Positions 48,926 to 57,734 are shown, numbered from the stretch's first letter. The stretch: DNA of 64,000 nt from an uncultured Bacillota bacterium (GCA_934702375.1 CAKUYE010000002.1:16188-80187), one strand, 5' to 3'. A program made the numbers and translations. The notes: generated by a model not told the origin, from the letters alone.

Positions 48926-49943
48926 CCGGTAGAGGAATGGTTTTTATTGTGTTGTGGTTATCGTTGATATGGTAGATTAGGAGTTCGTTGCAGATCTCCA
49001 TATCAATATAATCATCGGTGATGGTGGTTAGCGTTGTTGTTTCTTCGCTATCGGTATCCCAGCGATAGATCGTGGTTTCGATGCGGTTGCCTTCACCATC
49101 GTAGGTGTCGGCAGTGAAATAGAGGGCAATCCCATCGGTATTTATAGTGGAGATCCGTTTTGCATCGTTATAGATCACTTCGAGGTTTTCACCATTCATC
49201 GGTAGGGAGCAAAGCTCATCGTTGGCATTCTCCGTTTCTCCGGCTCTGGTCAGGTAGATCTGATCGTCATTGATCACCATGTTGCCAATCCAGCGGTCGG
49301 CGGTAAAAAGCTTTGTCTTTTCCTTTCCATCCAAGGAGGCACAGTATATGGTATTTTCGCAGATATAGTAAAGCTTGTCTTCGTAAATATTCAGAGAGCG
49401 AATGGGGGTGTTTTCCGTAAGCAGGGTTGCTTCCGTTTGGGCCTTAACATTGATGGCGCCGATCTTGGAACGTTCTTTTTCATTTGTGGTTACATAGATC
49501 AAAAGATCATCGGCGGCGGTAAGGTAGGAAGTGGATTCACCGGCTTTCATGGTATAGATGCTGTTTTGTTCTTGCCCATCCAATCCTACGGAAAAAATGG
49601 CTTCGGTGCGGGTTTCATTACTGTCGTAGGTGATCCCCAAAAAATAGATCGTATCATCCATAACATTTAAAAATTGGATGTATCCGGTAATACCGGTAAG
49701 GGCTTTTTGCGGTTCTCCGTTTTCATCGGCTTCATAGATCAAGTCGTATTCCGTTTCCGTACCGGTGTAGTATAGGGTATGGTCTTTGGCAGCGGCCAAC
49801 CCCAGATTATTGATATTGCTGTCGGTGTTGCCGCGGTCGTTGATGGTGAGATTGCCGGTGGTGCTGCCGCCGCAGGCGCTGAAAAGCAGTCCGGCGGAAA
49901 GGATTAGAGCAAGTACTGCCCCTATTGCGGATCTTTTTTTCAT
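48918..49943 (-). CDS. DUF5050-type beta-propeller lipoprotein
   Basis: Lipoprotein signal MKKRSAIGAVLALILSAGLLFSAC. Repeated ...IYY/LYY... blades. AAGGAG RBS. Confidence 0.7.
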   Translation of the reverse strand: MKKRSAIGAVLALILSAGLLFSACGGSTTGNLTINDRGNTDSNINNLGLAAAKDHTLYYTGTETEYDLIYEADENGEPQKALTGITGYIQFLNVMDDTIYFLGITYDSNETRTEAIFSVGLDGQEQNSIYTMKAGESTSYLTAADDLLIYVTTNEKERSKIGAINVKAQTEATLLTENTPIRSLNIYEDKLYYICENTIYCASLDGKEKTKLFTADRWIGNMVINDDQIYLTRAGETENANDELCSLPMNGENLEVIYNDAKRISTINTDGIALYFTADTYDGEGNRIETTIYRWDTDSEETTTLTTITDDYIDMEICNELLIYHINDNHNTIKTIPLPEA

Positions 49944-50065
49944 TTTTACTCCTTATGTTGGCTTCTGTAAGTGTTGTAGGAAAAGGTATTTTTTACTTCG
50001 ACAGCGGCATGAATATTCCCTTTACGGTATCGGCTTTGGCTTGGAATTTTGGACAAATTCCCCTG

Positions 50066-50094
50066 CTTGACACTGGAAAAAAAAATCGGTATAA
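50066..50094 (+). promoter_or_regulatory. Consensus sigmaA promoter (TTGACA-N17-TATAAT) upstream of the tatB / periplasmic-hydrogenase operon
   Basis: Perfect -35 at 50066-50071, 17-nt spacer, perfect -10 at 50089-50094. About 105-nt leader containing short TTTTCCG repeats and a hairpin. Confidence 0.65.
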
Positions 50095-50199
50095 TGAAAA
50101 CATTATAAGTTAGATTGGATATTTATTTGCAAATTTAAGGAGATTTTCCGTTTTTACGGTAAATTTTCCGTGAGATGCGGGAAAAACAGGAAATTTCAG

Positions 50200-50499
50200 A
50201 TGTTTAATATAAGTTTTGCCGAACTTATCGTTATATTGATTTTGGCATTTGTCATCCTCGGCCCCGATGAAATGGTAAAGGTTGCCCGGTTTTGCGGTCG
50301 TGTGGTGCGTAAGAGCAGACGTTTGCTGTGGCAGATCAAAGAATACGTGAACGATGAAGCCGCAGAAACCGGTCTGGATGAGGTGAAAAAAGCTGCTGAC
50401 GAGGTGAAAACCGCAGCGGCCGAAGCTGATATGCGCAAGGAGCTTACCCGTGGGCCAAAGAAGGCCGCCGAAAAGCCAAAGGACACGGAGGAAAATTGA
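50200..50499 (+). CDS. tatB: TatB-like (TatA/B family) Sec-independent translocase component
   Basis: MFNISFAELIVILILAFVILGPDEMVKVAR, i.e. an N-terminal TM helix plus amphipathic helix typical of TatA/B, with a charged C-terminal tail. Confidence 0.7.
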   Translation: MFNISFAELIVILILAFVILGPDEMVKVARFCGRVVRKSRRLLWQIKEYVNDEAAETGLDEVKKAADEVKTAAAEADMRKELTRGPKKAAEKPKDTEEN

Positions 50500-50515
50500 C
50501 AGCGGAGGTGCTATT

Positions 50516-52135
50516 TTGAAAAAACAGGGAAAACAAAAGAAACAACCAAATCATGAATCACCCAAGCTCACGCGCCGTCAATTTCTCGGTGTTGCTGCCG
50601 GCATCGGTGTCGCAGCGGCGGTTTCCGGCTGTGATATCGTCGATGACCCCGGAGCCGATGGCTGGCTGCCGGAGCAATATCACAATAGTAACGGTTATCC
50701 GGCTCAGGTTCGAGGGAGGGTTCCCATTGATGTGAATAACCCTTCTATTTTACGGGATGATAAAGCCTGCATTCTTTGTGGCCAATGTTTGGAGGTATGT
50801 CAGAATACCGAAACGATCTATAATTATTATGAATTGCCGGTAGTGGATGAATTTATTTGCGTGCATTGTGGCCAGTGTGCCATCAATTGTCCCAGCGGAG
50901 CTATTCGGGAGCGCAGCTATATTGACGAAGTTCGGGAGGCCCTGGCGGATCCCAACAAGGTCGTGGTGGTTGCCACTTCTCCCGGGGTTCGTGTTTCCCT
51001 TGGGGAAGAATTTGGTGCTCCCCAAGGCAAGTGGGTACAGGAGCAAATGATTACCGCTTTGCGGGAACTCGGCTTTGATTACGTGGTGAATATTGACTTC
51101 GCTTCGGATGCCACGATTATGGAAGAAGGAAGCGAGCTGGTACATCGTTTGACCCAGGGAGGTGCACTGCCTCAGTTTACTTCCTGTTGCCCCGGTTGGG
51201 TAAAATTTGTGGAGTATAATTATCCCGATTTGATTCCGAATATTTCCACTGCCAAAAGCCCTGTTGCGGAAATGGGTGCTTTGCTGAAAACATATTGGGC
51301 GAAAAAGAAGAATATTGCGCCTTCGGATATCGTGGTGGTCAATGTACCTCCCTGTACCGCAAAGAAATTTGAATTGAGCCGCCCGGAAATGAATGCCGCC
51401 CAACGTTATTGGGATGAAGAAGGCAAAAGCTACGGAAAAATGCGGGATGTGGATATCGTCCTTTCTACCCGGGAATTAGCGAAAATGATTCGGGATAAGG
51501 GGTTGGATCTCCTGCATTTGCCAAAAGGCAAGTTTGATCCCATCGTCAGTGAAGGCAGCGGCGCTGCGGTGATTTTTGCCAACAACGGCGGTGTTATGGA
51601 AGCCGCTTTGCGTACCGCCTATTATCTTGTCACCAACGAAGATCCGCCGGAATCCTTTTATCATCTGGATATGGTTCGGGATAACGATATGGATGGTTAT
51701 GCCGAAGCCAGTGTGGAGTTCCCCGGTTACGGCACCGTCCGTGTGGCTATATGTAACGGCCTTCATGCTGCCCGTACCCTTTGCGAGGAGATTCGGGCCG
51801 GGAAACGCAATGATCTGCATTTTCTGGAGGTTATGACCTGCCCCGGGGGTTGTATCGGCGGCGGCGGTCAGGCAAAAACCGTGGTTCCGCCATCGGATGT
51901 GCTTCGGGGGCATCGGATTGATTCTCTCTATGCTGCCGATGAAAGTATGGCGAAAGAACAGCGGGTCAGCTATAAAAATAAAGAGATCGCTGCTTTGTAC
52001 GATGATTTTCTCGGAAAGCCCTTGAGTGAGTTGGCAGAGAAAATCCTTCATACCACCTATACCGACCGCAGCGGTTCTATCCACACCAAGGATACTTCTG
52101 ATTATGTGGATGTTTGTATCCGTGGAAAATCCTGA
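50516..52135 (+). CDS. Tat-exported [FeFe]-hydrogenase (two ferredoxin-like 4Fe-4S clusters, H-cluster domain and a small-subunit-like C-terminal extension)
   Basis: TTG start with GGAGG RBS. Twin-arginine signal KLTRRQFLGVAAGIGVAAAVSGC. Clusters CILCGQCLEVCQ and CVHCGQCAINCP. H-cluster motifs TSCCPGW, PPCTAKKFE, VMTCPGGCIGGGG. Confidence 0.85.
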   Translation: MKKQGKQKKQPNHESPKLTRRQFLGVAAGIGVAAAVSGCDIVDDPGADGWLPEQYHNSNGYPAQVRGRVPIDVNNPSILRDDKACILCGQCLEVCQNTETIYNYYELPVVDEFICVHCGQCAINCPSGAIRERSYIDEVREALADPNKVVVVATSPGVRVSLGEEFGAPQGKWVQEQMITALRELGFDYVVNIDFASDATIMEEGSELVHRLTQGGALPQFTSCCPGWVKFVEYNYPDLIPNISTAKSPVAEMGALLKTYWAKKKNIAPSDIVVVNVPPCTAKKFELSRPEMNAAQRYWDEEGKSYGKMRDVDIVLSTRELAKMIRDKGLDLLHLPKGKFDPIVSEGSGAAVIFANNGGVMEAALRTAYYLVTNEDPPESFYHLDMVRDNDMDGYAEASVEFPGYGTVRVAICNGLHAARTLCEEIRAGKRNDLHFLEVMTCPGGCIGGGGQAKTVVPPSDVLRGHRIDSLYAADESMAKEQRVSYKNKEIAALYDDFLGKPLSELAEKILHTTYTDRSGSIHTKDTSDYVDVCIRGKS

Positions 52136-52155
52136 AGAAAGGGGAGACAAATGGA

Positions 52156-52947
52156 ATGAAAAACAGCGCTGTATTGTTTGATGTGACCAAATGCGTTGGC
52201 TGCGGCAGCTGCACCGTTGCCTGTAAGCTTTGGAATGGTCTCTCCTTTGAAGAGGGCAACGCCCATGGCTACGATGTGGAATTAAATGAAAATAACTGGA
52301 CGGTGGTAGAGTACCATTCTTTGGAAGATAAGGATGGGAAAAAGCTGCGGTTTTTGAAACAGCAGTGTATGCATTGTTTGGAGCCCAGCTGTGTTGCGGT
52401 TTGTTTTGCCAAGGCCATCCGAGTGGCGGAAAGCGGAGCTGTGGTTTACGATGCCAAAAAGTGTGTTGGCTGCCGCTATTGCATGATCGGCTGTCCTTAT
52501 GATGTACCGAAATACGAGTGGGATAAGGTGTTCCCCTCGGTGATGAAATGTCGGCTTTGCGCCGATAAGCTGGAACGAAATGAATCTCCGGCCTGTGTTT
52601 CCACTTGTCCTTCGGGAGCGCTGACCTTTGGAGATCGTGACGAGCTTTTGCAGAAGGCAAAAACAATGATTGCCGGTGATAAAAAATACATCAATTATGT
52701 CTATGGTGAAAAGGAGGGCGGCGGTACCCGCTGGCTTTATATCTCCGATGTTCCCTTTGAGGAACTGGGGCTGCCGGTGAATATTACAAAACGCTCCATT
52801 CCTTCGATGGTTCATGATTATACCAAGTGGAAACCGGGCGTTTTTGCCGGAGCTGCTGCGGTTTTTGGTGCTTTGGGGTTGTATACCCATCGCCGATTAA
52901 AGGTGGAAGCCGCCCAAAGGGAAGAGGAGGATAGCGCCGATGTTTGA
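52156..52947 (+). CDS. HybA/PsrB/NrfC-like 4x[4Fe-4S] ferredoxin subunit with a C-terminal TM anchor
   Basis: Four Cys clusters (CVGCGSCTVAC, CMHCLEPSCVAVC, CVGCRYCMIGCP, CRLC...CVSTCP). C-terminal hydrophobic helix (VFAGAAAVFGALGLY). GGGGAG RBS. Confidence 0.8.
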   Translation: MKNSAVLFDVTKCVGCGSCTVACKLWNGLSFEEGNAHGYDVELNENNWTVVEYHSLEDKDGKKLRFLKQQCMHCLEPSCVAVCFAKAIRVAESGAVVYDAKKCVGCRYCMIGCPYDVPKYEWDKVFPSVMKCRLCADKLERNESPACVSTCPSGALTFGDRDELLQKAKTMIAGDKKYINYVYGEKEGGGTRWLYISDVPFEELGLPVNITKRSIPSMVHDYTKWKPGVFAGAAAVFGALGLYTHRRLKVEAAQREEEDSADV

Positions 52948-54103
52948 TTATAACCTGCGTCTGAACAAAAAAACGACGCTCCGCTTTACTTTTGGCCGCT
53001 TGTGTCTTTTGGCTTTGGGTGGCATTGGTCTTTTGCTGATGGTCTATCGGTTGGTCAACGGCCTTGGCGCCGCAACAAATCTTTCGGATTCCTGGACGTG
53101 GGGGCTGTGGATTTATTTTGATATGATTCTCAGTGCTTTGGGTTCCTGCGGTTTTGCGGTGGGGATTCTTACTCATGTGCTTCATATCCCCAAGTATCAA
53201 CCGTTGGCTCGTCGGGCATTGCTGGTGTCCTTTTTCTGTTATCTTTTGCTTTTTCTGATTCTCTTTGCCGAGATTGGTCGCTGGGATAACTTTTACTGGA
53301 TCTTTATTTCCTTTGCCTGGTCCTCTCCTCTGTATGAGGTTTTTATCTGCTTGACGCTGTACTTTTTGGTGCAGATTGCCGAGATCGAAGAAATTTGGGT
53401 GGAACGGTACTTGCCTTTGCCCTGGCTGCAAATGATATTGAAGTATCTGATGCCCTGTGTATTTTTGGTTGCCTGTATTTTACCCTTTGGTCAGGAAGCT
53501 GCTTTGGGTGGGATTTATCTTGCCATGCCCAATAAGCTCCATACCATCTGGTATTCCCAAGCCTTGCCCTGGAATTGTTTGATTTCCGCATTTTACGGCG
53601 GACTTTGCTTTATTGCCTTGGAATACTATGGCTCCAATCGCTATTTTCGGGAAAAATCCGATACCGGAATGATCTCCTCGCTGCTTCGCATAGCCGGTGT
53701 GGTGATCGGTGTCAATCTTGTGGTTAAAATCGTTGATCTTTCGGTACGAGGTGCATGGAGCGCTGTTTTTTCCGGGCAGTATGAAAGTGTGATGTTCATT
53801 GGCGAGATCGTCGTTGGTTCTCTGATCCCTCTGCTGATACTGCTTACCCCCTTGAGAAAGGGAAAGAAAGGGCAGATTCTGGCAGCTCTTTGTGGTGTGA
53901 TCGGGATCTTATGGAATCGCTTTAATTTCATTTTTACCGGTATGGCTCGTCATGCAGGGGAAAGTTATTTCCCTTCCTTTGTGGAGTGGGGGATCGTGAT
54001 TGGGCTGATGGCCTTAATGGTGGTCATTTATATCTTTCTTGTAGAGAATCTGCCGGTGCATCGCAATAAGGACGATGAAAAACCGGAAATCGTGATTCGC
54101 TGA
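52940..54103 (+). CDS. NrfD/PsrC/HybB-family integral membrane quinone-interacting subunit
   Basis: 387 aa, about 8-10 TM helices, NrfD-like topology. Overlaps the stop of the ferredoxin subunit. Confidence 0.75.
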   Translation: MFDYNLRLNKKTTLRFTFGRLCLLALGGIGLLLMVYRLVNGLGAATNLSDSWTWGLWIYFDMILSALGSCGFAVGILTHVLHIPKYQPLARRALLVSFFCYLLLFLILFAEIGRWDNFYWIFISFAWSSPLYEVFICLTLYFLVQIAEIEEIWVERYLPLPWLQMILKYLMPCVFLVACILPFGQEAALGGIYLAMPNKLHTIWYSQALPWNCLISAFYGGLCFIALEYYGSNRYFREKSDTGMISSLLRIAGVVIGVNLVVKIVDLSVRGAWSAVFSGQYESVMFIGEIVVGSLIPLLILLTPLRKGKKGQILAALCGVIGILWNRFNFIFTGMARHAGESYFPSFVEWGIVIGLMALMVVIYIFLVENLPVHRNKDDEKPEIVIR

Positions 54104-54134
54104 TGGTTTGCATAAATTCCTAGGAGGTATTGAT

Positions 54135-54344
54135 ATGAGATTGGGTATATGGGAAATTCTCCTGATTATTGTTTTGGCGCTGATCCTTTTCGGCGGTAAA
54201 AAGCTTTCCGGTGTGGGAAAGTCTCTGGGAAAAGGGATTCGGGAGTTTAAAGAAGAAATCCATGCCGATGATGAAAAGGATGCCGGGTCGCCCAAACCCG
54301 AAGCCGCCAAAGCCGAAGATGATGACAAAGCTTCGAAGGAATAA
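54135..54344 (+). CDS. tatA: TatA (Sec-independent translocase)
   Basis: MRLGIWEILLIIVLALILFGGKKLSGVGKSLGKGIREFK, the canonical TatA N-terminus. GGAGGT RBS. The ORF track starts at an upstream in-frame ATG. Confidence 0.85.
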   Translation: MRLGIWEILLIIVLALILFGGKKLSGVGKSLGKGIREFKEEIHADDEKDAGSPKPEAAKAEDDDKASKE

Positions 54345-55073
54345 GTGGTGACGCCCTTGGATAGCGAAGTAAAACAGGCTTTTTTCGAGCACATTGCGGA
54401 GCTGCGAAAGACGTTGATTCTCTGCATTGTGACGATCCTTGCCTTTTTCATTCTTATTTTCTGCGTTTTTCAAGATACGCTGATGGATTTTTTCCTTTCC
54501 GGTGTACGCAGCATTGGTTTGGAGGTCGTTTATACGACGGTAGGCGAGGTTTGGACCACGAAGATGAAAGTTGCCTTTATGGCGGCTCTGGTGGTTTCCT
54601 TTCCCTTTACAGCTTTTTTTCTTTGGCGGTTTCTGGCCCCGGCGCTGTACCCCGGAGAAAAGAAGATTTTCAGCCTCTGCTTTTTTGCTGCGGTGTTCTT
54701 ATTTGCCCTCGGGGTTGCCTTTGCATATTTTGTGGTACTGCCCTTTACCTTGCGCTTTTTCGTAGCCTTTGGTGAAGGCACAGCCACCGCTATGCTCACC
54801 GTGAGTAAATACGTTAGTTTCCTGATCGGCTTTATTGTACCCTTTGGCTTGATTTTTCTGATGCCCCTCTGTGTGTATCTTTTAACAAAGCTTGGTATTC
54901 TTACCCCGGATGTATTAGTGCGCACCCGTCGTTATGTCCTGATCCTGCTTCTCATCGTTGCCGCGATCCTGACGCCGCCGGATGTAGTCTCACAGCTGAT
55001 GCTGTTTTTCCCAATGATGGGGTTGTGGGAGGTTGGCATCTTAATTTCCAAACGCACCTTTCGGCGGCGCTAA
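54345..55073 (+). CDS. tatC: TatC
   Basis: GTG start. 242 aa, 6 TM helices. TatC signature (FEHIAELRKTLILCIVTILAFFI...). Confidence 0.85.
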   Translation: MVTPLDSEVKQAFFEHIAELRKTLILCIVTILAFFILIFCVFQDTLMDFFLSGVRSIGLEVVYTTVGEVWTTKMKVAFMAALVVSFPFTAFFLWRFLAPALYPGEKKIFSLCFFAAVFLFALGVAFAYFVVLPFTLRFFVAFGEGTATAMLTVSKYVSFLIGFIVPFGLIFLMPLCVYLLTKLGILTPDVLVRTRRYVLILLLIVAAILTPPDVVSQLMLFFPMMGLWEVGILISKRTFRRR

Positions 55074-55482
55074 ACGTCTTTTCTTCGGCAAAATCTATCC
55101 ATGCCGGCCATCCGGATACGTTTTAGTATACCGGCTGACCGTCCTGAAAAGCTTTTACCGAATAAAAGCCGTTTATCGCCGCCTTTCCGGCTCTGCTTAA
55201 ACGGTTTTTCTTCGGCAAAATCTATCCATGCCGGCCATCCGGATACGTCTAGGTATACCGGCTGACCGTCCTGAAAAGCTTTTACCGAATAAAAGCCGTT
55301 TATCGCCGCCTTCCCGGCTCTGCTTAAACGGTTTTTCTTCGGCAAAATCATCTCGTGTCGGCCATCCGGATACGTTTTAGTATACCGGCTGACCGCCCCG
55401 AAATGCTTTTGCCGAATAAAAGCCGTTTATCGCCGCCTTTCCGGCTCTGCTTAAACGCTTTTCCTCGGCAAAATCTATCATA
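55074..55482. repeat. Tandem repeat of about 3.2 copies of a 127-bp unit
   Basis: Units begin at 55074, 55201, 55328 and a partial one at 55455. Each has hairpin-prone segments (CCGGATAC-gtttta-GTATACCGG; GCCGTTTA...TAAACGG plus T-run). Motifs ttcggcaaaatc and ttttaccga resemble the 36-kb repeat family. Confidence 0.8.
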
Positions 55483-55525
55483 ATAAAGCAATTAGCCGCC
55501 TTGGTTTTTTACCTTGGCGGCCATT

Positions 55526-56248
55526 TTAGTGGTTGTTTTCTTTTCTCGTGTGGGATTGGATCCATTCCTGTACCTCGGCTTTTTTGCTTTGGCTGATCGG
55601 CAGCTTGATATTTTCGGCAAGGAAAATGTGGCTTGGTGTTACGGCTTCAATGTATCGGCAGTTTACCGCAATGGAATTGTGGATTCGCAGAAAAGGAAGG
55701 TCTTTGACGGAATCCAATAATTCACTTATCTTACCGTAAAAAATTTGGGTTTCGGTTTTTGTGTGGATATGGATGTGTCTTCCTTTGCTTTCGATATACA
55801 AAACATCTTTTGCGGTGACACGCCGAAGTTCTCGACCGGAACGAAAGGCAAAATGATTGTCGAAGCGGTGAATTAGCGTATTGCAGATAGGAAGAATTTC
55901 ATTGATATTTTTCTGTGAAATGGGTTTGATTAGAAAGTGCAGGGGGTGCATCTCAAAGAAAGGCATTACGTCGATGAGTTCTTTGGACATATAGACGATT
56001 TGAACAATATGATTTTTCTGCTCTTTACGAATATAATGGCTGATTTCCAGACCACGGTTCTCCGGAAGGGATACTTCCAGAAAAATCAAATCATACTGTT
56101 CCTCGGCCAAAGCCTGTCGCAAACCGGTTTCGGTGTAAAAAATTTCGATTGTCTCTTGAATCTGCTCTGTATGAGCCGTTTTGGTGATTTTTTCCTTTAA
56201 GTCCTGGCAGGTCATTTCATCGTCGTCACAAATAGCAATTCGAAGCAT
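55526..56248 (-). CDS. LytTR-family response regulator (AgrA/ComE/LytR-like), with no cognate kinase in the window
   Basis: Receiver domain (MLRIAICDDDE...) plus C-terminal LytTR DNA-binding domain (LYIESKGRHIHIHTKTETQIFYGKISEL). AGGAGA RBS. Confidence 0.85.
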   Translation of the reverse strand: MLRIAICDDDEMTCQDLKEKITKTAHTEQIQETIEIFYTETGLRQALAEEQYDLIFLEVSLPENRGLEISHYIRKEQKNHIVQIVYMSKELIDVMPFFEMHPLHFLIKPISQKNINEILPICNTLIHRFDNHFAFRSGRELRRVTAKDVLYIESKGRHIHIHTKTETQIFYGKISELLDSVKDLPFLRIHNSIAVNCRYIEAVTPSHIFLAENIKLPISQSKKAEVQEWIQSHTRKENNH

Positions 56249-56352
56249 GGATTCTCCTAGTATCTAAATTTAAAAAGATAAACTATAATTAGGATACCAT
56301 ACGATCCTTAAAAAAGGAATGTTTTTAATAGATTTTTAATAAATTCATTAAA

Positions 56353-56382
56353 TTATGACATCAAATCGATGATTTATGACAT
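56353..56382 (+). promoter_or_regulatory. LytTR-type binding site: two 9-bp direct repeats TTATGACAT separated by 12 bp, upstream of an extended -10
   Basis: TTATGACAT at 56353-56361 and 56374-56382 with a 12-nt spacer. TGtTATAAT about 27 nt downstream. Lies in the divergent region between the RR gene and the membrane-protein genes. Confidence 0.55.
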
Positions 56383-56530
56383 TTTGCCGCACAGACACTA
56401 CCTTTGTGTTATAATAAATTTATTAAATATATTGTGCACGATACTGTTGGAAACAGTGTTCTTTGTGAGGAAAATGATTTTGTTAGCCGTATGAGTATCT
56501 AAGATTTTATTTCTAAAAGAAGGTGATTAT

Positions 56531-57067
56531 ATGAGCGTTGGTTTTTGGATTGGCCTTTGCCGGATTTGGTCTTCGTTTATCCCCGGTTGGTTAATGGAAT
56601 TTTTTTATCACAATACGCTGTTTTTGGTGTTGGTTACCTGGGCCGTTTTTCTTTACGCGTGCAAATTTCATCGTGACTTTGCTTTTTCCAAGCCGATGCT
56701 GGTGGTCTTCCTTCTTTTTGTTGCCTTTTATTCGGTTTACTTGTTTTCGGATGCTTTGAAATATGTAGATATGCTTTTCCCCAACGAAAAGCTCCTGATT
56801 GGAAATGATATCATTGGTCTCAATGAGCGCTCTTTGCTTGTGCCGGAACCCGGGGAGTATTATCCTTCCAGATATCCTTTGGATGGAAGCTATTATAACG
56901 TAATTGAGAAAGAGATGGGAAATCGGATTGCAGATAGCATCTTTTTGCGGTTGGCAACTTCAATACCAACAGGAATTGCCTGCATTGTGTATGATTTCCT
57001 ATTTGTTGTATCCTTGGTACGCAACCGTAAGCATAGGGAAGTGAAAGGAGTGGGCAGTGATGAGTGA
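56531..57067 (+). CDS. Hypothetical integral membrane protein
   Basis: 178 aa, about 4 TM segments. GAAGGTGA RBS. AT-rich codon usage. Confidence 0.5.
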   Translation: MSVGFWIGLCRIWSSFIPGWLMEFFYHNTLFLVLVTWAVFLYACKFHRDFAFSKPMLVVFLLFVAFYSVYLFSDALKYVDMLFPNEKLLIGNDIIGLNERSLLVPEPGEYYPSRYPLDGSYYNVIEKEMGNRIADSIFLRLATSIPTGIACIVYDFLFVVSLVRNRKHREVKGVGSDE

Positions 57068-57608
57068 TCTTATTCTTTCGGTATTGCATCCTCTTGTTGT
57101 TCATTTGCCCGGTTGCAAAAACCTTGGGATTTCCTGTTCCTGGATCGTTTTTCTTGTTTTTCTTTTGAATTTGCTGGTGTTATGCTTTTCCGTTATAAAG
57201 GGACGACCTTTGTTTACTCGCTCTTTAAAGGAAACCGCAGGAGCGGAAAAAGGGATGATGGCGATGATTCTCTTAACGACTTTGGTGGAAATTGCTTTGG
57301 TTCTTGTTGTCTATCGCCTGTCCATGCGTTTTACGCAGTTGCCGATATCCTATGAGAATACAATGTACGGCGGAATCATGGGTTATTTCCAAGATCCCGA
57401 TGGCATTGAAACGCCGGCTCCGTCCTTTGGAAAACCTCGCGGATTGGACTTGGTACAAATTATCTCTGCCAATGAAAAGGAGTGGCTCTACCTTGGGTTT
57501 ATCGCGAATATCCTGTTGACCTATGTCAATTTCTTCTTTGCTTTGGTTTATTATGGATCTTGCTTTATCCGGGAGAACTTGGTAAAATGGAAGAAAAAGA
57601 ATGCTTAA
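57057..57608 (+). CDS. Hypothetical integral membrane protein
   Basis: 183 aa, about 4 TM segments. Overlaps the upstream gene by 11 nt. AAAGGAG RBS. Confidence 0.5.
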   Translation: MMSDLILSVLHPLVVHLPGCKNLGISCSWIVFLVFLLNLLVLCFSVIKGRPLFTRSLKETAGAEKGMMAMILLTTLVEIALVLVVYRLSMRFTQLPISYENTMYGGIMGYFQDPDGIETPAPSFGKPRGLDLVQIISANEKEWLYLGFIANILLTYVNFFFALVYYGSCFIRENLVKWKKKNA

Positions 57609-57734
57609 TGCTTTATTCCGGCTGCAATATCATGCAGTCGGAATTTCTTTATGGCATTTCAAGAAAAATGTCGCGAATTTATTGTACTTATGGTAAAATA
57701 GAAGAAGAATGACATGGATCAGGAGGCTCTTTTT

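Noticed and set aside
55070-55351. 93-aa minus-strand ORF
   Set aside because: It lies entirely within the 127-bp tandem repeat array; its open frame is a consequence of the repeats.
56400-56530. Possible AgrD-like propeptide between the LytTR site and the first membrane-protein gene
   Set aside because: Only a 6-codon ATG ORF and an RBS-less 20-codon TTG ORF are present. Nothing resembles an autoinducing-peptide precursor.
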